Assembly: GCF_006345805.1 (NCBI RefSeq)
Contig: NW_021827119.1
Coordinates: forward strand, 1 to 11,103
Direction: 5' to 3'
DNA length: 11,103 bases
Origin: Octopus sinensis
Lineage: Eukaryota
The notes below the pieces were generated by a model. It saw only the letters and a program-made list of their open reading frames with translations. It did no database searches and was not told where the DNA came from. Below, one piece after another: positions 1 to 8,571 of this stretch. The translations under genes and the position numbers were made by a program. Numbering within the stretch: position 1 is the stretch's first letter; the number at the start of each line of letters is the position of its first letter.

Positions 1-9
1 ATCCTAACT

Positions 10-975
10 TCCTTGCATAGTGTTTTGACTACAAATCCGAGCCCATACTTAAATAGTAAACTAACAACATTTGTGGACACTTGTATATCACATTTATTAA
101 TCGTTTATCCAGTCTTCAGTGATGCGTTCCTTCTGACAAACGGCATCATGTGATACATTTGCATCCAGCCCAAGATATGTGCAGTGTTTCTTGTTGCATG
201 CTGGAAAAATATCAGACCATTGATGGAGATGCTGCTACACAGGTTTATAGTTCTTTGTAGTTTTTCCTCGTTTTACAATCTGCTTGAAACATTTATCTTT
301 GCCAAACTCCATTCCTATATCCTTTGCAATTCTCTAATCAGATCAAGATTCTTCATACCCATATTTTTAGTGTATGTATTTTCAGTTCCATAAAAAAAAA
401 ACCATTATGATACGTTGATGCATCTTTCCTCCTGTGAGCCATTTGCATACTCTTCAGATTCCCTCAGCAACAACGATCCATTGCAAGTATAAATAACATC
501 ATACAATATTCCTTTAAAATATATTCCTACTATAACTTATCCTCTCAGAGTCAATACGATCGCTTCTTGCATTTAAAATCAAAAATCGTGATCCTTGACG
601 AATCCGGACTGTCTCTAGCTTTCAATTTTATCAAGGCGAGGGAGTACGAGAATCCGCGAGTGCAGAACAGAATCAAGTAATTCCTTGTAACCCAGCCAAA
701 CATCAGAAAAAAATTCTTCCCATACCGTCGCATATCTGACATTGTTTTGTCAGTTAATTAGAAGCTGATCAACACATCTCAAATTCCTTTCTTATGAGTT
801 ATTACTTAGGCTGAGGTGATATTGCTTCTATCGCTGTGATTGTATAGGCGTAGGACATACAAAGGATGTGTATATTTTATACATTATCGTACAGCGTATA
901 ATTGTTGGTTAGTAGTAATTTGCTAAAAGTGTGGCTTTGCTCTGTGGTAAAAAACAGTTTCCCAATAAAAACTAA
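10..975 (-). mobile_element. Degenerate non-LTR retrotransposon reverse transcriptase, R4/Dong-like (restriction-like endonuclease class); many stops and frameshifts
   Basis: Manual minus-strand translation gives RT motifs in the correct order: LPQSK..LANYY*PT (~945-906), MYKIYTS (884-864), DQLLIN (770-753), WLGYKELLDSVLHSRI (698-651; cf. WIDYKKAYDxVPHSWI), SRNIF* (531-514; cf. RGIFQG), MLFILAM..LLLRES, FMELK (~394-380; decayed YMDDLK), AKDIGMEFGKDKC (327-289), TYLG (180-169). DIGMEFG.DKC is typical of R4/Dong RTs. Ends are approximate. Confidence 0.8.
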
Positions 976-1038
976 TTACGACAAAGCATGAAATGTATGC
1001 ATATATGTAAAGTACGTATAAAATAATGTATATATACA

Positions 1039-1408
1039 GGCGCAGGCGTGGCTGTGTGGTAAGAAGCTTGGTCCGGGTTTAGTCCCACTGCGTGGTACCT
1101 TGAGCAAGTGCCTTCTACTATAGTCTTGGGTCTAATAAAGCCTTGTGAATGGATTTGGTAGACGGAAACTGAAAGAAGCCCGTCGTATGTGTGTGTGTTT
1201 CTTTCTTTGTATCTGTGTTTTTCCTCCACCACCGCTTAACAACCGGTGTGTTGGTGTGTTTATGTTCCTGTAACTTAGCTGTTCAGCAAAAGAGACCGAG
1301 AGAATAAGTATTAGGCTGAAAAAAAATTAGTTCCTGGGGTTGATTACTTCGGCAGATACCCTCCAGCATGGCCGTCGTCAAATGAATAAATCAAGTAAAA
1401 TATAAAAG
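1039..1408 (+). mobile_element. tRNA-derived SINE, family A copy 1 (octopus-type, internal SSR)
   Basis: A box TGGCTGTGTGG (1049-1059) and B box GGTTTAGTCCC (~1076-1086) with a deletion between them. Body is colinear with 8356-8790 and with the reverse complement of 9661-10126 (ccttg.gcaagt, ggatttggtagacggaaactgaaagaagcccgtcg, gtaacttagc, ccagcatggcc, caagtaaaa). Confidence 0.85.
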
Positions 1409-1422
1409 ACATGTATCTAATA

Positions 1423-1495
1423 TATGTATGTATGTATGTGTGTATGTATGTATGTATGTATGTATGTATGTATGTATGTATGATATGTATGTATG
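1423..1495. repeat. (TATG)n microsatellite at the SINE 3' end
   Basis: Direct reading of the sequence. Confidence 0.95.
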
Positions 1496-1502
1496 AAATA
1501 TA

Positions 1503-1738
1503 CAGTGGCGGCCAAAATGTTCAGAACGGCATTGTTTTCGTCAGAAAAGTAGGTATAAGTTTTTATCAAAGTTGTTTTATATTCTATAATTTTCACAGAC
1601 AATAAATACAATATTAATTGTTATTGTCTGAGATTTCGGTGTAATTTGAGAGGATAATACAAAAGTTACGGATGATTTAGTGATTTACTGCAAAACCCAT
1701 GGCGGCCAAAATTATGTGGGTGCTGGAAAGTGGTCAAT
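1503..1738 (+). mobile_element. Probable solo left end of a Tc1/mariner DNA transposon with IR/DR architecture
   Basis: Starts TA|CAGTGG (TA at 1501-1502). A perfect 13-bp direct repeat TGGCGGCCAAAAT occurs at 1506-1518 and 1700-1712 (194-bp spacing). No matching right end or transposase is present in the window. Confidence 0.45.
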
Positions 1739-1740
1739 AC

Positions 1741-1760
1741 ATATATATATATTTATGTGC

Positions 1761-1810
<50 letters not shown>

Positions 1811-1824
1811 GTGTGTGTGTGTGT
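1741..1824. repeat. (AT)n-(GT)n compound microsatellite
   Basis: Direct reading. Confidence 0.95.
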
Positions 1825-1847
1825 ACACAATACCAAATTAACAGCGA

Positions 1848-1943
1848 CTTCATTTCAAAAGCTCTGAGGAAGCTATAATATGCTGCGCAAGCACTCAGCT
1901 CCGAGTTCTTTGCATTTTATAGCAGAAACATGAGCTAATGAAG
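1848..1943 (+). ncRNA. Type I hammerhead ribozyme, probably inactivated (cleavage triplet missing)
   Basis: Core CTGAGGA 1864-1870 and GAAAC 1925-1929. Stem II GCTATAA-T-ATGC (1872-1883) pairs with GCAT-T-TTATAGC (1912-1923). Stem I AGCT(1860-1863)/AGCT(1933-1936) plus CTTCATT(1848-1854)/AATGAAG(1937-1943) with a 5-nt bulge. GAAACATG is followed directly by stem I, so the U-H of the NUH triplet is absent, and there is an A-A mismatch at the base of stem II. Confidence 0.65.
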
Positions 1944-2015
1944 ACGATTAAGAAATTTCTCTTCCCTTGTCATTCCATAACTTTCATTTTACACTACATA
2001 CATATATGAACACAT

Positions 2016-2332
2016 GCGAAGGCGCGTGGCTTAGTTGTTAGGGCATTCCACTAACGAACGTAAGATCGTGAGTTCAATTCCCGGCAACGCGTTGTGTCCT
2101 TGAGCAAGATTCTTCCTCGTTGCTCCAGTCCACTCAGCTGGCAAAAATGAGTAGTACCTGTATTTCAAAGGGCCAGCGTTGTCACACTCTGCGTCACGTG
2201 AATCTCTCTGAGAACTACGTTAAGAATACACGTATCTGTGGAGTGCTCAGCCACTTGCACGTTAATTTCACGACCTATTTGTTCTGTTGATCGGATCAGC
2301 TGGGTCCCTCGTCGTCCTAACCAACGGAGTAC
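2016..2332 (+). mobile_element. tRNA-derived SINE, family B (CORE-like central domain)
   Basis: A box TGGCTTAGTTG (2027-2037) and B box GTTCAATTCC (2072-2081), followed by TGTGTCCTTGAGCAAG...GCTCCAGTCCACTCAGCTGGCAAAAATGAGT, which resembles CORE-type SINE domains. The 3' half is unrelated to family A. Confidence 0.8.
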
Positions 2333-2864
2333 TCCTTTGTATGAACATAACATAATATTAATATCCGAGATTATCTCCTTGTTTACAAGTCCCAAAACGT
2401 TTTTCTATCCCTTTTGATCGTATTCGAAAAGAAAAATTCTACATTGTGTTCTCCGCTCTGTGTTCGGCCCTGCGTGGCTAATAAAGAAATCTATCTGAAA
2501 TTATATCACATTTTTATAACACGCGAATTCTACAATAACTATTGAATATCACTACTTTCATTTCACGTTCGTTAAAGAAAACGAGCGTGTGCTTTGCATA
2601 TGTGTGTGTTCGAGCGAGAACAGGTATATGCATGCGGGCAAGCGGGCAAGCGTATACACTGGACAACATAGGCTTCCGTGGATGTATGCCTATGCGCTGT
2701 ATGACCATACTTCTGTAGCCTTCTTTCAGAACCTATCAATAAAAAAATATCGGGATTAGGTGAGCTGAATACGAAAGTCGAAGATGTAATTATGCTTTTC
2801 AGAACATTCCCAATCCCACATCTCGTCCAGTGACGCTGAACATGTATAAACACGCGCCAACAGG

Positions 2865-3330
2865 CACGCGCATACACACGCGCACACACGCACACACGTG
2901 CATGCGCGCACACACATTCACACGCACACATGCACACACACGCGCGCACGCACACATATATATATATATATAGATAGAGATAGATATATACATATATACA
3001 TAACCATATACATATACGTATATATACATATATATACATATATATAAATGTATGGATATATGTGTATATGTATATATAAATGTATGTATATATGTATACA
3101 TATGTACATATCTGTATATATATATATATATATATATATACACTTGCATACATAGATACATACATAAATACATACATACATACATACATACATACATACA
3201 TACATAAATACATCCATCCATCCATCCATACATACATACATACATGCATGCATACATACATACATACATACATACATACATACATACATACATACGTATA
3301 GATGTAAAATATATATATGCACACACATAT
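2865..3330. repeat. Long compound microsatellite (CA/CG, TA, TACA, TCCA)
   Basis: Direct reading. It is the source of the spurious MYVC/YIYI ORFs. Confidence 0.95.
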
Positions 3331-3525
3331 GTAGGTATCCAGGGAAGACGGAATGAAAACAGAGTTTAACAATATGAGCAGGTGGAAACCGGTCTTTTCC
3401 TTTTCTCCTCGTTTTCTATGGGGAAATATTCAACCCCATCGCTTTGTTGTTAGCCGCAGTATTCATTATTTCACTCGTATTCCGTATGATTCAAAACCAT
3501 GCGATTGTTCGTTATTGTTGCCGAT

Positions 3526-3558
3526 TATCTGTCTATCTATTCTTCCATCTATCTATCC

Positions 3559-3635
<77 letters not shown>

Positions 3636-3740
3636 CCTACCTACCTACCTACCTACCTATCTATCTATCTAATCTATCTATTTATTTATCTATCTATCTA
3701 TTTATCTATCTACCTACCTACATACCTATTTATTTATATG

Positions 3741-3789
<49 letters not shown>

Positions 3790-3795
3790 ATATGC

Positions 3796-3876
<81 letters not shown>
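3526..3876. repeat. (ATCT)n/(ACCT)n followed by (TA)n microsatellite
   Basis: Direct reading. Confidence 0.95.
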
Positions 3877-3879
<3 letters not shown>

Positions 3880-4106
3880 TTGTATTGTTGTTATTACATG
3901 ATGATAAGAAGAAGAAAAAAAGGAAAGGCAAAATGATGTAAGAAATATTTTCAATGGTGGTTTTCTTCTCGTGCGCCATTTTCAATTTGTTGCATTGAGA
4001 AACACATTCAATATGAGGTCACGTATTAATTTTGTTATCATGTGATGCAAACGAAAAGCAAGTGGATAATTTGATACGCGTGTTGCGAGTAGTGCTGATG
4101 GAGGAT

Positions 4107-4210
4107 GCGGCGGCGGCGGTGGTTGTGGTGGTGGTCGTGGTGGTAATGTGATGGTAGTGGCGGTGGTAGTGTTCGTGCAGAAGATAACGATGATGATGAT
4201 GATGATGATG
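4107..4210. repeat. Mixed trinucleotide tract (GCG)n,(GTG)n,(GAT)n
   Basis: Direct reading. Confidence 0.9.
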
Positions 4211-4265
4211 CATATTACAACGATTGAACCAATACAGACTTCTTAGACGTAGGAAGATGCACCAT

Positions 4266-4363
4266 CTATATATATATATATATATATACACACACATACA
4301 TATATACATATATATAAATATACACGCATGCATACACACACACACATATATATATACATATGT

Positions 4364-4396
<33 letters not shown>

Positions 4397-4562
4397 CACT
4401 ACATATATATATATATATGTACCAACCAATAATATGGACGAAGTAAATCTTATCTTTATTTTAGACCACTTCTTAAAAATTCAACAGTTGTTTCAATTGC
4501 ATTAACATATACATGCATATATATTTTTTATACACATACACACACATACAAACATATATATA

Positions 4563-4599
<37 letters not shown>
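4266..4599. repeat. Two TA/CA/TG microsatellite clusters (4266-4420 and ~4505-4599) separated by a short unique spacer
   Basis: Direct reading. Confidence 0.9.
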
Positions 4600-4602
<3 letters not shown>

Positions 4603-5032
4603 AAAATTAATGATGTGTATCATCACAATATTATCAAGTTAATCCAAATTAGTGAAATTCTGAGTGAATATCTGAAAATATTTTAGCTGTTGAAAAATGT
4701 TAACAAACAGAAACCAAATTTAGGTTTAGAAATTCATTCATTCAACCAAGAGCGGCGTCACTGAATTTACTTTACGAAAATAAAATATAAAAATTACCAT
4801 ACTAGTGCCTTATTTTTTTGATTATTTGGAATTTACATTGAAAACAAAACTTAGCATAAAAAATGAGTATATTTTTCTACTAAAATTGATGACGTCACTG
4901 GATATCTAAAGAACAAAAACTGCAAACAAGAATTCGCTATCATGCTAAATAGATAACTAAAGAATAAAGGCTGCGGATATTAATTCTACGTAATGCTTAA
5001 TAGAAATTTAGATAATTTACGTCGCAATAATC

Positions 5033-5400
5033 AAATACCTATTTATTTATTTAATATAATAAACCCTTCTAGTGGAATTAACCTTCTTATATGATAACTG
5101 AAAGATTATTATATTCAAAACATATACAGCCACCGACACTAGATAATTAAGAGATTTCTAAAAATACAGAAAAGACAATAAAATACCTATTTATTCTTTA
5201 TAAATAACTCTTTATAGGAATTAAGGTTATTATATAATGATTGAAAAATTATTTTACTTAATAATAATTTATATGATTATCGAGGCTTAGAAACTTAACA
5301 TAGTTATAATTAATTACGTATCATCATATTAAGCCCTTTATTCGGAATTAGCCTTATTATATAATAATTAAGTAAAAAATTGTTATAATTAATAATTGAA
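5033..5400. repeat. Diverged AT-rich tandem repeat, about 3 units of ~130-150 bp
   Basis: AAATACCTATTTATT is identical at 5033 and 5181. A shared core AA.CC/TCTT.TA..GGAATTA...TT.TTATAT.AT has its GGAATTA at 5074, 5217 and 5344. Confidence 0.6.
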
Positions 5401-5454
5401 ATATTTTAATATCCTTTTTAATTTAAGGTAATATCTTAAAGTTAAGTACCAATT

Positions 5455-6290
5455 AAAATTCAATAAAATTAATTTAGAAGTAATTATAAAATATAATTCT
5501 TCGAGGCAAAGATCACTAATATTACACGATGATGCATAACTAATTATGGACCACTTTAAGTGACATTTAATATTCTTTCGTTTAAATTAGTAGAAATACA
5601 TTTTCTTCTATATTTAAAGGAATTAGTATGATCATAAAATCTAGATTTCCAACTAGAAGCAATATACCAATCCTTACAATGTATAGTTATTACTTCACAC
5701 TGATATACTAAATTCTTGTTTCAACACTGATTTCCTAAAAGACATCGAGTTTCGTGTACACAATTAAACATGGATTTGTTCACTTGTAAATTGCCCTCAT
5801 AGTTATAAGAATTTTTACTAGCACCCGTCTGTAAAATAGGTATTAAGTTTGGATTAGAATAATAATTATTATTAGAATTAATATTGAAACAAGGTAAAAC
5901 ATTAACTATATTATCAGCATTTTGATCAATTATAGAATCTAAACCTTCTTCCTAACGAGCAACAATAACGTTAATTTCATCATACATATTAGCAGTTCAA
6001 CAATTGTTTATAGATTTAGAATTTAGACATTCTCTAATCTCTGTTTATTTTGTGCTGCAATAATCTCAGATGAATTTATAGTGGTTAAATACGAAAACTT
6101 AATACTATGTCTATTAAATAATTTCCCCATATTTACTTGAAGGTGAAAAATACCTAACTAGTACCGAAAAGAACTCCCGAGGAATATTAGAAGCTATTGA
6201 ATATGAAAATGGAGCATTATACCATATAATATTCGTTGATCTATTCTTATTATTTCGTTAAACATTTTTGTCAGTATTACTTTTATTAAA
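5455..6290 (-). mobile_element. Penelope-like element 3' part: post-RT linker plus C-terminal GIY-YIG endonuclease, decayed; probably Hydra-type
   Basis: Minus-strand translation: NIIWYNAPFS (6233-6204), FNRHSIKFSY (6118-6089), FNCVHETRCLLGNQC*NKNLVYQCEV (5768-5691; VY = GIY-equivalent), WYIA (5669-5658; YIG-equivalent), WKSRFYDHTNSFK (5651-5613), LKWSII (5559-5542), DLCLEE (5514-5497). Order and spacing match PLE C-terminal EN. It is not visible in the ORF track because of stops and frameshifts. Confidence 0.9.
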
Positions 6291-6294
6291 ATTT

Positions 6295-6333
<39 letters not shown>

Positions 6334-6375
6334 ACATGTATGCAGGTATGCATAAATATATATATATTTGCGTGT
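6295..6375. repeat. (TA)n-(TG)n microsatellite at the 5' break of the PLE fragment
   Basis: Direct reading. Confidence 0.9.
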
Positions 6376-6602
6376 GCATGACGTTACATATGGGTTGGAT
6401 AAGCACATGTTTTTGTTTTTGTTTAATCCGAAGCGAAACGAGGAACGTAATATATATATGAAAATGTACTACTATGCGAAGAAAAGCAATTCAATACACA
6501 CATATATATAGTTAATTCTTAATTTTGTAAAGTTCCTTTTTTATTTTTTATTTTTAATTTAACGCTTAATTTTTATGATGATGTAAAATAGCTGAACAAT
6601 AT

Positions 6603-6696
6603 GAAAAATGAACCTGAAGATGTGTTGGTAGAATTATAAATATGATCATTACATATATTCCGATCATCGAATACAGAAACACGTGTAGTTCTTTTC
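6603..6696 (+). ncRNA. Type I hammerhead ribozyme with intact catalytic core; predicted cleavage after GUA at 6687
   Basis: Core CTGAAGA 6614-6620 and GAAA 6676-6679. Stem II TGTGTT(6621-6626)/AATACA(6670-6675), with inner hairpin ATATG/CATAT. Stem III lies within the perfect palindrome ACACGTGT (6679-6686). Triplet GTA 6685-6687. Stem I GAAC(6610-6613)/GTTC(6688-6691) plus GAAAA(6603-6607)/TTTTC(6692-6696) with a 2-nt bulge. Confidence 0.85.
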
Positions 6697-6916
6697 TAAT
6701 TATAATTTTAACTGAAGTAAGGACTGATTAAGGTAGTATATCTTATACCCTGTTATTCTACCGGTTTTATCCTCAAGTATTATTTCTTGATGTGCATATA
6801 AATACCACGAATCTTCCATCATAAATACTCGTTATATTTTTTTGCATTATCTGAAATGGAATACCCACAAATCTATTGATTGAAATCCCAATAACTGAAC
6901 TATATAAATATATATA

Positions 6917-7460
6917 TTAGCTGACGAACCCGGTAATTCCCGGAAAAAAGAGGTGCCTATCCCTTGGTTTTGTTCTCATAATCGTTTCGCTAATCAAATA
7001 ACAACAATACAAAATATGTGGCCCTTAAAACGATTTTTGTGCATTTACAGATAATACCGAACTGTCTTATATAGGATCTTGTTTTTAGGAAATCCCAATA
7101 AATTATGAATGCCCAAATCGTGAAGTCAATTACATAATAACGTTAAATTACTTACCCGATAGTAAGAATTGAAATAAAGTAGCCCCGAAAAGAGCTTTAA
7201 TGCATACCCAGAGTATACAGAACTTAGGAAGAAATATCAATAAGGTATGTATGCCAAAATCGTGAGGCATGTAACGTAATAACAGGCTAACCAGATATTA
7301 AATAGTAACAATTCAGAGTAAATAACTTTGAAAAGGGCTTTGCGCGTTCCCAGAGAATATAAGCCTTAGGGGCGCTAGTGTTGATTTAGAGTTACAATGA
7401 ATGTAGAAACAGACTGAGTTTTAGTTTTACTGTAGACATACAAATAAATTTATATATAGA
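6917..7460 (-). mobile_element. Complete non-autonomous Helitron (~544 bp)
   Basis: On the minus strand the 5' end is A|TCTATATATA at 7460. The 3' end is the hairpin CCGG-GAATTA-CCGG (6943-6930), a 9-nt spacer, then CTAA|T (6920-6917; fits CTRR). It is inserted between A and T with no TSD, the canonical Helitron signature. Confidence 0.75.
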
Positions 7461-7561
7461 TTTAAAAATAAAATGACATGTTGATTATCAATATATTTAA
7501 ACTCTTACAGATATTACAGTTAAATGATAAATACCTGATGATTTGGTGAATCTTATAAAGT

Positions 7562-8205
7562 CTACAGAGCTTATTGATAAACAACATTTTTGGTCTTTCC
7601 TTGTGGGGTATAAATAAAGAAATGGTTAGGATTGCCTACTCTTGAGCATCGCACATAAAGTTAGCCATGGGAGAAAACTGGTTCTGCAAGGTTCAGACCT
7701 ACCACATACAAGGGCTGCCCCTGGGACTTGTTAATACCCATTGCAAAGCTGTTTCAACGGGAATTGCAGGCGCTTGTACTGGAAAGGCATATCCGAGGGA
7801 ATAAGCGGAATTCTAGGAATGTATACAGGCTCACTGCTTGGTTTACCAGTCAAAATTGTTGTCTCAAAGACTGTTAGCATCATCTTCTTTATTATAAGTT
7901 GTGTGCCATTGCAAAGCTTTGGTGGATCGAGGTTTCCAAATAGCATAACTGGCGCCCCAATCTTGAGGTGGAAGCTGTAAGGTGGAAGGCCAGGTGGTGT
8001 TAGACTATTCAAGAATTCAACTGGATAATCCTCAGCTTCATTGATGTTGAATACAGTGTCAATGGAATTGAAGATGTGACGCTCACCTGGCAACTGTTCC
8101 AGAAGTGGCAACTTCCACATTCTTTGGGGCTAAAATGGCACGGGTTTTCAGACATTGGTCTGTAAGTTATTAATTCCAACCGGTTGTGACAAACATCTTT
8201 CAACT
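7562..8205 (-). pseudogene. Helitron Rep/Hel C-terminal PIF1-like SF1B helicase fragment, frameshifted
   Basis: RAILAPKN (8142-8119), frameshift, then ORF 7731-8120 with LPGE..SIDTV..YPVEFLNSLTPPGLPP..LKIGAPVMLFGNLDPPKLCNGT..IPRIPLIPSDMPFQYKRLQFP, frameshift, then FAMGINKSQGQ (INKSQGQ 7735-7715), FSHG*LYVRCSRVG (from 7675), GKTKNVVYQ*AL with the terminal TAG at 7564-7562. Confidence 0.95.
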
Positions 8206-8216
8206 AACCTCTGTAT

Positions 8217-8240
8217 TTGTGTGTGTGTGTGTGTGTGTGT
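8217..8240. repeat. (TG)n at the 5' break of the helicase fragment
   Basis: Direct reading. Confidence 0.9.
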
Positions 8241-8355
8241 AATCCAACCATGGTTTTGAACTTGGAAAAACTGCACAAAGCTTTAATGCTGAAAACAAGC
8301 GAAACCGGATCCACGTCAGTTAAATATTACCTGCTTCCTATACCACAACATGCAT

Positions 8356-8516
8356 GTAGGAGTGGCTGTGTGGTAAGTAGCTGCTTACGAACCACACGGT
8401 TCCGGGTTCATTCCCACTGCGTTGCACCTGGGCAAATGTCTTCTACTATAGCCTCGGGGCCTACCAAAGCTTGTGAGTGGATTTAGTAGACATAAACTGA
8501 AGAGCCCGTCGTATAT

Positions 8517-8571
<55 letters not shown>

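Noticed and set aside
2395-2490. Pyrimidine-rich stretch ending GTGGCTAATAAAGAAA, reminiscent of a LINE 3' end with a polyA signal (2480-2485)
   Set aside because: Based only on recall of octopus repeats; there is no ORF, tail or second copy in the window to support it.
3378-3530. Hydrophobic + frame (FPFLLVFYGEIFNPIALLLAAVFIISLVFRMI) resembling a transmembrane exon
   Set aside because: No convincing splice acceptor or donor; T-rich DNA gives such peptides by chance.
4107-4210. Poly-His/Thr/Ala peptide on - and two-tier G4-like GG runs on +
   Set aside because: A simple trinucleotide repeat flanked by SSRs with no splice context.
5284-5335. GGCTTA...TAAGCC stem enclosing GAAAC and TCATCA
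   Set aside because: The two hammerhead half-motifs lie on opposite strands, so they cannot form a ribozyme.
5817-5840. ACTAGCACCCGTC resembling a reversed Helitron 3' end
   Set aside because: There is no intact hairpin and it lies inside the PLE coding remnant.
6921-6950. CTGACGA...GAAA hammerhead-like motif
   Set aside because: Stems I and III do not form; the hairpin is explained as the Helitron 3' hairpin on the opposite strand.
6882-7101. 13-bp direct repeat GAAATCCCAATAA outside (6882) and inside (7089) the Helitron
   Set aside because: A single AT-rich 13-mer match is compatible with chance, and the similarity does not extend.
7535-7560. CTGATGA core heptamer
   Set aside because: No downstream stem II or GAAA.
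8283-8323. CTGAAAA-CAAGC-GAAAC-CGGATCCAC-GTC hammerhead-order motif
   Set aside because: It lacks the essential G8, stem II cannot pair and stem I is poor. Rejected as functional and kept only as a possible remnant.
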